A stretch of DNA of 64,000 nucleotides from Haliotis rubra (taxonomy: Eukaryota): the NCBI RefSeq assembly GCF_003918875.1, contig NW_025767379.1:868001-932000 (forward strand), given 5' to 3'. This document shows positions 38,201 to 51,240 of this stretch, piece after piece. Each line of letters begins with the position of its first letter. Position 1 is the stretch's first letter. The notes beneath the pieces are model-generated. The model saw only the letters and a list, made by a program, of their open reading frames with translations. It was not told where the DNA came from and ran no database searches. The position numbers and the translations under genes were made by a program.

Positions 38201-41200
38201 TTGATGACGTAGGCATCACTGTGTCGCAAGAACTGAAAACAAACAAAACATCTAAAGAGACACTCATCGATGACGTCCCAGTGCTGAAAATCCCCACTAG
38301 TTTACAGGATCGAACAGAGCAAAGAGAGACACCCAGAAGTAGGGAAACAGTGATTGATGATGTTGGTAGTACGTCAACTACTAGGTTTATGAATTCAGCA
38401 CCGATGACAGTTAAATTTCCTGCATATGGATCACGGGAAACACTGATTGATGATGTAGTTCCACAACAGATAGACGAGAAAATCGCCAGAGCTGAGTCCC
38501 GTGAATCATTAATTGATGAGATAGACATGGTGTTGTACGGACGTACTGACTACAAGATGAAGCCCATCGAAGTGCCACACGACATTCCTTTCCCTGATAG
38601 CGAACCAAGTCAGCAGATCTGGAAACCATCCCATGAAACAGTAGACAGTGGGTTGTTTTCTCATGGTGGACATCGTGAAACCCTCATTGATGATCCAGCT
38701 GTTCCAAGCATAGGGCTTAGTAAAGGATCGTCTGTAAAACAGGATACCTTCATGCACATTCCCGGAACACGGGAAACCTTGATTGATAATAAGCGTTTCA
38801 CATCAACTGAACACAAGTTTGGCCATGCAGGAGTTACAGACATGACTGATGGGACATTGAACGTTGGGACACCAGGAATATATGAAACTAACATTGACGA
38901 TGTGTCTGAAATAGTACTTCCTGAAAGAGTCTTGAACATAGATCAGGAAAATGTGACACGCTTCAGGAATAGAGCTTCCTTAAATCGAGACGGAAGCAGT
39001 GAAGGGTTGGATGAGAGTAATGGAAATGAACTTGATAAAAGTTTTGGTGATGTCACAAACAGAAGTGAGGACATGCTTGACGATGTGTCTGCTGACAAGA
39101 AAAATGATGCAGTCCATGAAACAGAGATTGATGCAGACGAAGATGAGGAAGAGTGGGTAGTAGATGAAGTAGTGCAAGACTTTACTATTATGACAGGGCC
39201 GGAAGGTCAGAAGAGTTTCATTCCTGGAAAGATGGAACACAGGATTATTCACGTATCCCCAGAACACATACCAAGCTTGCCTGAGGCTTCACAACCATCT
39301 TCGGATCCGACAGCCCAAACCTCACCTCAACATGTACAGACGCAGCAGCCCCAACAGGGCAAGGAAACAGAAATATCAATGGAGCCCATGCTGTCAGACA
39401 GGCCAACTCCGAAGCCAAGAAGAAGCCTGAGGTCAGAAAGTGGATTGGCAGAATCACCAGCTGCAGCTGATCATCACATGACTCCACAAACTACACCCCA
39501 GGTTGATCGTGACGGCAAACTGCACTTAGATGCAATAGATGAAGTGTCGTGGAAGCCATTAAGTGATTCTGTAAAGGCAGAGAACTCTCCTGCAGCTGTG
39601 AGAAAGTTTGTCATGGAAGATGTGATCATATCTGGCTCCCATCTCATCCCGCACCCAAGAAGACAGGTTTACAGCGAGGCTGACAAAAGTAACCCACTTG
39701 TTGCTATAAACTCTGGTGACATGGGTACCTATGGTACCAGGTCGAACCTGGCCCATCTTAGCAAAGACCTTGAATCAGAGGGTGACATTGACTTTGACAT
39801 ATTTGCCGGTGGTGTTAATGGTGCAGATGGTGTTGGCACTGTGATAAGGCCTGTGTCCGAATCTTCACCCAAGCATGGGGGAGAACAAGCAGTTGCTGAT
39901 GGCAACGAAAGCCCAGATGACTCGGGTTTTCCAAGTCCGGATGTTTCAAGGCAGATATTGGAGCAGTTCAAACGATCCAAGAGTGTGGAACATCTCCGAC
40001 GTAAATCATGGGGTATGGTAGAGGATGAGTCAGTCTTTATGCCCATGCAATCCAAGAAGCCTGACTCTCCAGTCATGTCTTCACCTGTGCAGAGTCCGCC
40101 AATAATTCCAGATTCCCCAGTTGTTTCCCCACCTTCAATGGCGTTTCTCATGTCCAAGAAAGGATCAAAGAGTGTTCCAAACCTTGCTGGAATTGACGAC
40201 TCGCCTTCCATCAAAGCACCTATCTCGCACACAAGAGAATCGGCAGCGATTGCTTCATCTCCAATAGTTCAAATGACACCAAAAGCTGGTGCTTCGCCAC
40301 TTACCAAGAAACCATCTCGCTATACTAAGAAGTATTCAACAACTGCTTCATCTCCTGTGATAAAAGCTGCTGCCAAGGCGAAGGCTTCAGATTCCCAGCA
40401 AACAACACGCCAGGTCATACACACGGACATAGATGACGTGGTGGATTCGGCAGCAGCTTCAGAAACAGCACAGCTCTCAACTGCAGGACCTATGTCAGCC
40501 TCTGTTGAAAAGAAATCTCCTTCTGAGACAACATTTTCGGCTGGAGTCGAGTCATCTCCTGTGATATCCCAATCGCCTGTGATAACCCAATCTCCTGTTC
40601 CCATGATACCTGCATCACCCATGATAAAACAGGCACCTGCTATAGTTCAGTCTCCCACAGTTCAGCTTCACAAGACTGAAACTAGATCGTCAGAATTTCA
40701 ACAGATTGATCAGTCCTCTGGTGTGACAATCTCAAAACGAGTTGAAGCAGCTCCTATCATATCAGCGTCACCAAAGATAGAAAGTCCTGTAATTATTAGT
40801 TCTCCTTCAGTGCAGATGACCAAGGACATGAGATCGTCCCAACCTGTCCACGCTCCTCCATTGATAGAAGAATCTCCTTCCATTCCAATATCACCCACAA
40901 TTAAGGCCTCAGAACGCATAGACGCGTCTCCATTTATCAGCTCTCCTTCAGTGAAGACAACCATGGACATGAGATCGTCTCAACCTGTCCACGCTCCTCC
41001 ATTGATAGAAGAATCCCCTTCCATTCCAATTTCGCCCACAATTAAGGCCTCAGAACGCATAGACGCGTCTCCATTCATAGAAGAATCTCCTTCCATTCCA
41101 GTGTCACCAGCTATCAAATCATCAGAACGAATAGATGCTTCACCAAGTATTTCTTTCCCAACACAATCCTCAACGATTCCACAATCTCCTACTCTCTCGT

Positions 41201-43870
41201 CTCCTTTGATCCCTGATTCACCAGTGATTCCCACTTCACCAACCATTCTACAATCACCGTCCTTGTCAGCACCGACAGCAGTACTTGCCTCGCCTACTGT
41301 TTCCATTCCAGACTCGCCAACAGTTTCAATGACCACTCCGCCAACTGCAGAAGACACGTCTTTCGAAGACCAATGGTCTTTTGGAAGCCAAAAGAAGCAC
41401 AGATCTCTTAAGGAGATTAAGAGAAAATTCTCCAGCAAGAACTTTAAATCTATGCAAATGCCACCCACACCAAACATCGGACAGTTTGTTGTACCTCACA
41501 AATCGGTGCTCACAGCCAGATACAAAATCAACGCTTACAGGAAAAGGTTCCTTAGTGAAGGCAATCTCCTGGATGATTCCGAGAGCCAACTCAATGACCA
41601 ATTTAATGAGCACAAAGAATCCCTAACAACAAAATACAAGTCCCCTCGCCGCCCGGGACAGAAAACCCCAAGCAGTTACCGCAGTCAGGATAACTTGGAG
41701 AGGTTCACTTTAGCCTATCCTAACTTCTTTTGGGAAGATTCAAGTGAAGGCAGACCTAGCATCGATGAACTTCACAAAAACTGCATTTTTACCCCAGAAG
41801 GCAGAAAAGATATTATGAACAAAACACTTTCAATTGAAAATTTGTCATTAGATCTTGGCGCTCATTTGAGACGCTATGGCTCAGTGACATCCTTATATGA
41901 GACTGACATTGATACGGGTGAAACATCTGAAACAATACCCTTCCCTGAAACTGATCTAGACCTTTGGTTCTCTTTGCAGCATCCAATAGAACGCGCTGTC
42001 AGTATGACGGACCTACGCAGTGAGCATTCCCACCGGATAGGGACAGGAAAGGGGAGATTTGCGCATCGTAATGTACCTAAGTCAAAGAGTCTTCAGACTC
42101 TTGAAACTAACCTCGATGATGAGGAAGATGAACTTAAGCGCGTACCATCAGTACATGAACTTCGTGTTACCAAATCCCTGTCTAAGTTAAATATACCAGA
42201 CTGGTTTAAGAACTCTAGCCTATCTAAGAGTGGTAGTTGTATGTTAAGGCATGGCTCCACATCAACAATGTCCTCATGGGGCTTCAACCCTAGTCTGACA
42301 TCATCTCCCTGCCCCTCTGTAACATCAACTGGAAATGTGGTTATCAAAACCCGTGTATCCCCTTCCAGTAGTATGAGACTTTTTAAATCCCCCAAGTTTG
42401 CCTCAGTACCAACCTTACCCAAAACCCCAGAAGAGAGACTACCTAAAGCACCCATTAAACTGCCTAGCGAAATGTTAAAGAAAAATGACAAACCAAAAGG
42501 TTTGGAAAAAATCCCAATAGTGCCTTTTGCTCAAATTAGGGCAATGTTTGAAGCCAAAGCAGCTAATGAACGAGCTAGAAAGAAGGACAGTGCAGTGCGC
42601 CAAGACTCCGTGTCATCAAAAGTTTCAATGAAAGCTGCGAGCCCTGTGCCTGTAGTGACTGTGTCCCCTAGTGAAATTGTTCTTCTTGAAAGTAGCCCAA
42701 AGCGACCAAGGAGTCCCCCCGTTATTGCCCCAGATCAAGCTAGAATTTCATATGCTCCAGTACTACAAAAGGGACCTTCAACAAATGCAGGAGACACTTC
42801 TCAACCATGGAGGCGACCACTGAGTCCGAGTACTGTAAGTCCTGTAAGTCCTCAAATGGGGCTTAGTCCCACTGAAACCACTATTCCTCAGAGAACTACG
42901 AGCCCGTTAGAATCAGCTGGTTCTCATGGATCCACAAGTCCCACGGCATCCACAAGTCCTCAAAGGCCCCTCAGTCCTGCTGAAAGCTCAAGTCCTAGAT
43001 CAATTAGTCCTCTTGGACCATTGAGCGGTCCAGAAGATGCAAACAGATCGTTTAGCCCTTCAGACAGGATGCGACCAATAAATCCAGACGGTCCTCATAA
43101 TCGGTCCATGAGTTCCACAGGATCTATGAGCCCTCCAAGGTCAATTAGCCCTGGGGGGATTCTCAGCCCGAGAGGATATAGTGCATATGGCAACAACGAG
43201 CAGCCAGCTAGCCCAGACAGCCCCCCACAAAGTCCAGTCGAAAAGGGTGGACCAAAGGGCATCCTTGGCCCAACAGTGAGATTCGTAGAGACAGAGAAAA
43301 TAGAAGTTAAGGATAACAAGCCTACAAAACCATCTGGTAAAAAGACAGACTTTTTCAAACGTTTGCAAGTGTTCCAACGGCCCGACAAAGATAAGAAAAC
43401 CAAAGCCGAAGACTCATCGAAATCCCCACCACAGAAACAGGTACCAGCCTCCAAGCTCAAATCTGCGTTTGAACCCTTCTCACGGAATTCCAAATCTATA
43501 GAATCTGCCCCAACAATTCAAGCCCCAAACTCTCGAGCAGTCCCTAAATCTCCCACGCGCACCGAAGCCGAAACCCAACTAGTGGAGGAAGCACCCGTGT
43601 TACAATCACCCAATTCACAATCTATAGAGTCCGCCCCCACCCTAAAAGCACCTTCCCGTATGGCACCAGAGCCCTCAAGGAACTCAAGTGAAATTTTCTC
43701 AAACGATCGCAATTCTCATACTCGGCAAGAGCCTCGCAATGGGGCTTCAGAGCCCCCGGCGAGTCCAGTCAGGGTAGGTAATCCCGGGCAGAGCCTGCCC
43801 ACGCCTGTGCTAACACCCACACCATTCTCTAGATCTTCAACGTCTGAAGAACAGAAACGAAGCATGAAAG
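35233..43870 (+). CDS. AJM1: giant coding exon of AJM1-like gene (acidic, S/P-rich, largely disordered); start uncertain (35233 or 35343); frameshift at ~36292-36340
   Basis: ORFs 35343-36425 and 36292-43926 overlap out of frame and have continuous composition; strong phase-1 donor AAG|GTAAGG at 43870. Linkage to the AJM1 exon is inferred from strand, position and splice phase. Confidence 0.72.
37945..38365 (+). repeat. coding tandem repeat (~42-46 aa x3): TSKETLIDDVPAPKFPTSLQDRSGQKETSRSRETVIDDV
   Basis: Visible at both nucleotide and protein level. Confidence 0.9.
40797..41145 (+). repeat. coding tandem repeat (141 nt / 47 aa x2 plus partial): DMRSSQPVHAPPLIEESPSIPISPTIKASERIDASPFI
   Basis: Units offset 40831 vs 40972. 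Confidence 0.9.
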
Positions 43871-44137
43871 GTAAGGTCTTGTTTTCTATATATTTTCACA
43901 GAACAGATAAAGTTGTGGTCAGTTGATAGACCATATGTAAATTACATAATGGATATTGATTCTCTTTAATCTCACTTGTCCTATTGTCTTTATGTGGTAT
44001 ATGCTTCTTTGCACATGCTTTTGTCTGAGATGGAGGTTTGTTAATATTGTGGTTATGTTTTTGTCGTAAAATCAGCTCATGTACTCCCGGGTGTGTTTCT
44101 AGGTTTGTCGAGGACCCTTATCGTGCTCTTGGGTTTC

Positions 44138-44292
44138 AGTGAGTGAGTATGGTTTTACGCCGCTTTTAGCAATATTCCAGCAATATCACGGCGGGGAACA
44201 CCAGAAATGGGCTTCACACATTGTGCCCGTGTGGGGAATCGAACCCGTGTTTTCGTCGTGACGAGCGAAAGCTTAGACCACTAGGCTACCTC
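44138..44292 (-). mobile_element. family-1 SINE
   Basis: Close match to the family consensus on the minus strand. Confidence 0.88.
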
Positions 44293-44343
44293 ACAGAACT
44301 CTCTTGGATTTTATCACAGTGGTAAACGTCTGAGACGCATCAA

Positions 44344-44587
44344 ACCCGTGATGTTCCAGGTTAGAATTGATCTTCAGTAACCCATGCTTGTCGTAAGAGG
44401 CGACTAACGGGATCGGGTGGTCAGGCTCGCTGACTTGGTTGACACATGTCATCGTATCCCAATTGCGTGGATCGATGCTCATGCTGTTGATCACTGGATT
44501 GTCTGGTCCAGACTCGATTATTTATAGACCGCCGCCATATAGGTGGAATATTGCTGAGTGCGGCGTAAAGCTAAACTCACTCACTCA
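44344..44587 (+). mobile_element. SINE family 2 with perfect 14-bp TSD
   Basis: CTGAGACGCATCAA at 44330-44343 and 44588-44601. Confidence 0.93.
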
Positions 44588-46458
44588 CTGAGACGCATCA
44601 ATTCGGATGCTCCTCTCGCTGATACCACTTGATATAACTCTGATTGCTAAAGTCAGCATTAAACCCAAATCACTCACTCACTCGTCCATTGAAGCATTTA
44701 CACTGTGACGTTCACCATCTTCCAACAATGGAGGTTCTAAGATTAACTTTCTTAATTCGATCTGATGTTTAATTTTCTGCCTCAGTCGCGATAGGGCTGC
44801 AATACTGCCGCTGTGGCTGTAAACATTAACTCACTCACTCTCTAATTTTCTGCCATGCTGAAATGGTCGCATCTTTCAATTACTGAGACTTCTCAGTGTT
44901 CATTGTGAGATTTGAATATCCCTGCTATGACCTTTGACCTTCTGAAACATGTGACAACATACTGCAGTCATGACAACTCTGAAAGGTCTGTTAATTATGA
45001 TGTACCCATGTGGATGAAACGTAAATATCAAATTACATCTCACCTCAGACTAACAGTAAATATGCGGTGTACAGAACTATGGGTTTGTTAAGACGCCCTA
45101 CTCGAAGTGCTCCCGCCATCCCTTGTATTGTGAGCCTAATGCGAGTGAGTGAGTGAGATGGGTTTAACTCCGCTTTGAACAGTATTACAGTTATATCGTC
45201 GAGTATCAGTAGAGTGTGGGAAGACAACGATGTCGGCCTCGAACGTCAACCCCTGTCTTGAAACCTATGAGCACGGGCATGGAGCTGTCAAACCTAGAAA
45301 CATAGACGAGGTAGACCGGAATTCGAACCCACCTTCATTAAATACTATGCACTGCTTTATCAGAACAAATCGAGAAAGCTGAAGTGCCTATTACATATTT
45401 TATTTTCGAAATTCTTTCACTTAGCTTCGCGTTTTCAAGGTGTTTAAGTGTATTGAGTGTACATTCTGAGAGCATAGCTTCTCTAGTCTAAAGGCTTGGT
45501 ATACACATAACACTATACAGGTCTTTAATTCTCATTAGCAGTGAAATCAGGATAAGATGTGCTAGTTTTCATCTGCAAAATCAAATTTGGAAAATGTATT
45601 TGTTTTTCCTTTTAGATGTATATTTCAAAGAGCCTATTTTGCAAAATAAGCATAGCAAAGATATACAATTCATTATTACAATGGCATAAATATTTCCTGC
45701 GTAGAAATATTAATGAACATCAGTGCATATTGTCAGTGTTTGTTCAGCTGTTTTTGTTGTTGTCAATTAATGTGATCAAGCGTGGAAACATTCCTATTAA
45801 CCAATACAGTTGTGTGGTTAGTGAATGTCACGATCTGGCTAATTGCAATTTGAGGCGTGTGATCTTCAAGTCGCTAGGTAGTTACGACTGAATGGCTTAT
45901 GTCACCAGAAATACGAATCAAATTTTATCCAAGTTCATTTTTTGTTCGATATCTCTTCCAACAACTGAAAAATGCTAAAATATTGCATTCGTTTTCTCGG
46001 TGTGCAGTCAGTATTGGATCCAGATGTCTTTATCTGTTGTTAAGCTTTTAGGACTTTGAAAATCATTTTCGCGATACAAAACCTGACATAATGTATTTTT
46101 CTGATTTGAGTACATGCTGTCTCTGTCTATGAATAGACCGCGATTAACAGCGAATTTCATCTAATATGAAAACCATGAATCCTAAAACGGTGACTGGATT
46201 CCATTGTGTTGTGGAACGGGTTCCAAGATTGTACATGGACATGTATCCAAAATCACAGGCCCTTTAATTTGTGATGCACATCTCATTAACTTCCCATAGA
46301 TTCTGACCAGTTGTTTTCTATGCCAGCGTCCTTCCTCTATACCTCTGCTATAACGCCACTGCACGTTACACACTACTGCCAAACAAACCACGGAAGCATC
46401 TCGTCCTGACACTTGCATAGCTGGACCTGCTTAACGCGTGGAGTCGGGTGGATGGATA

Positions 46459-46680
46459 CACGTGAGGACGCGAGTTAGGAATGGTCTTCAGCTAACCATG
46501 CTTGTCGTAAGAGGCGACTAACGGGATCGGGTGGTCAGGCTCGCTGGCTTAGTGTACCAATTGCGTATATAGATGCTCATGATGTTGATCACTGGATTGT
46601 CTGGTCCAGACTCGGACTATTTACAGACCCGCCGCGATATAGCTGGAAAATTGCTGAGTGCAGCGTCAAACAACACACAA
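46459..46680 (+). mobile_element. SINE family 2, internally deleted
   Basis: Core CTTGTCGTAAGAGGCGACTAACGGGATCGGGTGG present. Confidence 0.85.
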
Positions 46681-49275
46681 ATAGTCGGGGTGGAAGGTTT
46701 GCTTGTGGGGCAGTCGAATATAGCGCATTCACAAATACGACTGGAACCATGTAAATCACGAACTGTGTACTCGCGCCACGCACTGTTCCGCTGAAATGTT
46801 CCGTTTACACTCGGAAAACCTCGTGTCCAAAATGCGGTGCTTCTGTGGTTCGTTTTGCAGTAGTAGCTAGTATGTAGTACGTCGCACGAGCCCCGGTCCT
46901 GCATGTGGAAGGTAGGTATATATAACTGCAGTAACTGGACATAGGATGCCTTGTAAGTATCTAACCAATCTATTTCCTGAACCCCAAGTAATCTCAAGCT
47001 GTGCAGCCGCTGATGTATCTGCACCATGGTGATGGTAATGGCAGTGCAAGGTGTCGCTCGCCCTGCGGCGTCGTGGAACGGCCTACACGACGTGAAGTAG
47101 GGCTGACGTCGCATTCAAGATGACTGCACATGGCAACGTGCATGCACGTGTTTATTTGGGATAAGTCTGGTGTTATAGCGAGATAACACCGAGATACCAT
47201 GCCTCAGTTTAAACATAAATAACCCAATAACAAACAGTAAAATTACTCGGAGCCGACCGGTCCCTGTTTAATTCCCGTCATATCTTGCGCCAGGAAGGGC
47301 AACAACAAATAGCATGTTTTAGCGTAATGCGGTATGCCGGACCCCACGTCCTGCTTTCTGGTCACGCGGTTTAGCTTTATCCACTAGACAACAGTGTAGG
47401 CATCTCGATGACATAATAACCGTGTATACTAGATTATATAATTATATGACTAATAAATTGAATCAACATCGACGTAATAATTGTCACAACCACAACTTGT
47501 AAATATACGAATAAGTAAATAATGTTAAGAGCATTCTGTGTTTATAAAGGTTATCGCATCTCAGTTCTATTACATGACAAATACCCCGGGCACATTCGTC
47601 ACTAAAGCTTCGTTTTCAATCGAGTTTGCATGTCACGACTGTGCAATCACATTAATCTGTTCATCTTGAAACGAGATCATATCTTGTTCTCGATTCACCT
47701 TGTTTTGTGCCGTTTCAAAGTAGGCTATAGTGTATAAGTAATATACATATTTCTCTACCCAGTTTTAGACACCCCATTCGCTCTTCACGATAAACCTGCG
47801 TTCGATTCCCCACATGGTTACAATGTGTGAAGCCCATGTCTAGTGTCCCCCGCCGTGAAATTGCTGGAATATTACTAAAACTTAACTCATTCACTCACGT
47901 GTACTTTCATTGTGTTACTGGTTGTGGATTTCAGACATGAGTGAGTGAGGGAGAGCAATAGGACAGATTGGGATGATGACATCACTTCTGAAACGACATT
48001 ATGGCGCGGACGAAACTATGAAACGAAACGAAACGAAAATTCCGCGCTCATTATAAAAATACAATAGAGATGCACAGGATGGGCGTGGATGAATTATTAA
48101 TTACTTCTGATTTTCATTATTCAACTGATATATGATAAACAGAATCAGACGGTCACAGTGAGAGACTAGGCAAATAGCATACTGGGCTTCATTACTATAA
48201 AATAAGCTGTAACGGTTTCTCGTATATATTACAATATCCAAATAAAACCAGATTACAGCAGTGTTTGACAGTGCATGGAATAAGATAAGTTATTTAAAAA
48301 TGAAAAACTTTAATCAGATAAGTTTGTCTCAGAATGAATTCTTCACATAAGTCCAGAACATCGATTGTATATGCATCTCGGCACAGCGTGACATGTGTGT
48401 AATCAATGACGTGTGTATACTTCGTGTGTATGTGCAAACACTGGCATACAGCCACAACCTGCATCACGAACATTTGTGTTTGTTCAGAATCAGTTGCAAT
48501 CTGTCTGTCTGTAGGCAGGGCACATCGTATCGTGTTTGAACAATAATCACAGCGGATCATCAATGTGAAAATAGCTCGAGATACAGCGCTATCGCCCACC
48601 ATGAGCATGTGTGGCAGCTTAACCACATGTACGCTGAAACCCCGATATAACGCCTCGAATATATTGTTGAACAAATTATTTGGATGGATTATTTGTTTAA
48701 GGACCTCCATCAGTCTTTGCTTATATGCCATGCGCTTTATAACACTTAACCGTGGATTCATCAGTGATCAGTGATTCATCTGGTGGTCAGGCTCGTCGAC
48801 TTCGTGGACATTTTGACGTATTTTGTCACCTTACACGTCCTAAATGCATGTTTTTCGTTTGAAAAATAGAAATATGTTTCTTTTTCACATGGGAATTCTA
48901 TTATGGGGGTCTGTATTCTCCATGTGGGACATTGTCGTGCGTGAAATAGAATGGATATATCAGTATGTCTGTCGGAAACTACTGACACATCAAAACAGAT
49001 CGCGACAAGAGTTGGTCTATGGGCATCGTAAATACACGTTTACCAGAATGGCCTAAAGCGACGGAATTTGCTTTGCAGAGTTGTGTCTCTTAACTGTGCT
49101 AGGATCTGCTAATCATAGGTTTTGTTCAACAAACACTTGTCACTTTATTGCAGTAATATGACCGGTTCATATTGTTTTTCCGAATGACCAAACGTTCACA
49201 TCGCCTGTTATCCCAGTTCTGTGGTGAGAGAGGGGTATTTCCTATGACATGTCAAGGTACAATATAATTATTAGG

Positions 49276-49442
49276 GGGGCGGTGGGGTAGCCTAGTGGTT
49301 AAAGCGTTGGCTCGTCACGCCGAAGACCCGGGTTCGAATCCCCACATGGGTACAATGTGTGAAGCCCATTTCTGGTGTCCCCCGCCGTGATGTTGCTGGT
49401 ATATTGCTAAAATCGGCGTAAAAAACAAACTCAGTCAGTCAG
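49276..49442 (+). mobile_element. family-1 tRNA(Asp-like)-derived SINE, young copy with TSD
   Basis: TAGCCTAGTGG A box, GTC anticodon-like loop, GGTTCGAATCCC B box; TSD tataattat(t/c)agg at 49263 and 49443. Confidence 0.93.
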
Positions 49443-50288
49443 TATAATTATCAGGTCACCAAAACAGAATGCCAGGCATGCACTTGTTGCTCCTTGCGTA
49501 CAATACGCAAGATACGCCCAATGGATACTTTAAAGGTAGCTCAAAACATGAACATTAACTTTGTTTAGGAATAATAAAACTAAAGTCTCAAGCCTTTGTT
49601 ACTGACAGACAACGCTGTATACACAGGACAGGTAGTTGTGCGGGGCCAGGTGATTCATGGCTGGGACATGTAAATTACACCTGGCAAATATGTCAGGAAC
49701 TTTTATCTTCTGACAATGACCCAATTTCGATACAGGTGTAAAACATTGCCGATACCTGCTGGGAAATAGGTAAAGAGACGCTGTGTGTTATTCTAGATGG
49801 CTGTAACTACTGGTTCACATCTTATGATAGATATAAAGAGCGATTGAATTGTGTTTTGTGCCGCCTTTAGCTATACTCTAACAATACCTCGGCGGTGATG
49901 AGGGCGGGATACCAGAAATGGATTTATTGGATTTCACTCAATGATATCATATGGGGAATAGAACCCGACCTGTAGAACGCTTTCCACAAGGCTATTTCGC
50001 CGTCGATATGAGATGTATAGGTGCAGATGACCCAATTGGAAGGGTACTCAAGTAACTATTGCTACTAGGCGTTCATGTAATATATCATTTGATGACCATT
50101 TTCGGTTTCTGTAGAAATAAAGTTGAACAAAACGAAGTGTATTTCGTAACAGACTTCAAACATGAGGATAAATGCTATTTCATGTCGGAATGTGTGCTAA
50201 GCGGTGATTACCTTGTACACTATACATATACACCTCTGAAGATCCCGGATCAGAGTTGGTCGTCGTTGTTCGCTCACATATTTAACGG

Positions 50289-50570
50289 ACCCGTGAAGAT
50301 CCGGGGTCGAATAGGTCTTCAGCAAGCCATGCTTGCCACAAAAGGCGACCATGCTTGTCGTAAGAGGCGACTAACGGGATCGGGTGGTCAGACTCGCTGA
50401 CTTGGTTGACACATGTCATCGGTTCCCAAATGCGCAGATCGATGCTCATGCTGTTGATCACTGGATTTTCTGGTCCAGACTCGATTATTTACAGACTGCC
50501 GCCATATAGCTGGAATATTGTTCAGAGCGGCGTAAAACTAAACTCACTCACTCACTCACTCACTCACTCA
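50289..50570 (+). mobile_element. SINE family 2 with duplicated core segment
   Basis: ACCCGTGAAGATCC head; ccatgcttg..aggcgac occurs twice; (CACT)n tail. Confidence 0.88.
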
Positions 50571-50691
50571 CAAATTAAACGAGAGCATGTGGTAGTCCCG
50601 TGTTTCAAGCATTTGGTGTTCAAGGTTCGACTCTATAGAGGTAACATGGTGTAAAGGTTGTCTCAGCCTATACGTGTTTGCCTTCCGAATT

Positions 50692-50844
50692 GAGCGAGAG
50701 AGTATAGTTTTTATGCCGCTTTTAGCAATATTCCAGCAATGTCACGGCGGGGAACACCAGAAATGGGCTTCACACATTGTACCCATGTGGGGAATCGAAT
50801 CCGGGCCTTGGGCGTGATGATCGAACGCGTGCACCACTAGGCTA
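50692..50844 (-). mobile_element. family-1 SINE
   Basis: Match to the family on the minus strand. Confidence 0.85.
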
Positions 50845-50848
50845 ACAA

Positions 50849-50851
<3 letters not shown>

Positions 50852-50915
<64 letters not shown>
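50852..50915. repeat. (CA)n microsatellite
   Basis: About 32 CA units. Confidence 0.98.
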
Positions 50916-50916
<1 letters not shown>

Positions 50917-51054
50917 AAATTGAAACAGGATTCATATATTATCGAGATAAAACCCCGCATATGATTATATGATATAACAGTATAGTATAACAGGAAACTT
51001 TTGTTGACATATGAGGTGATTCAGTGGACTGGTGTTTCAGGCTCGGTGGCTTGA

Positions 51055-51240
51055 CTGGCGTCTGTAAATAATCGAGTCTGGACCAGACAATCCAATGATC
51101 AACAACATGAGCATCGATCTGCGCAATTGGGAACCGATGACATGTGTCAACCAAGCCAGCGAGCCTGACCACCTGATCCCGTTAGTCCCCTATTTCGACA
51201 GGGCATTGTTAAAGAACAATTCTATCCCGATCTTCACGCG
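51055..51240 (-). mobile_element. SINE family 2
   Basis: Reverse complement of the family body. Confidence 0.82.

Noticed and set aside
35357-43712. Many antisense ORFs over the giant exon (and similarly over the TRIM genes)
   Set aside because: Expected shadows of long coding sequence, with no independent motifs
49276-49350. tRNA-Asp gene
   Set aside because: The tRNA-like head continues into a SINE body and tail with a TSD, and there are many diverged copies
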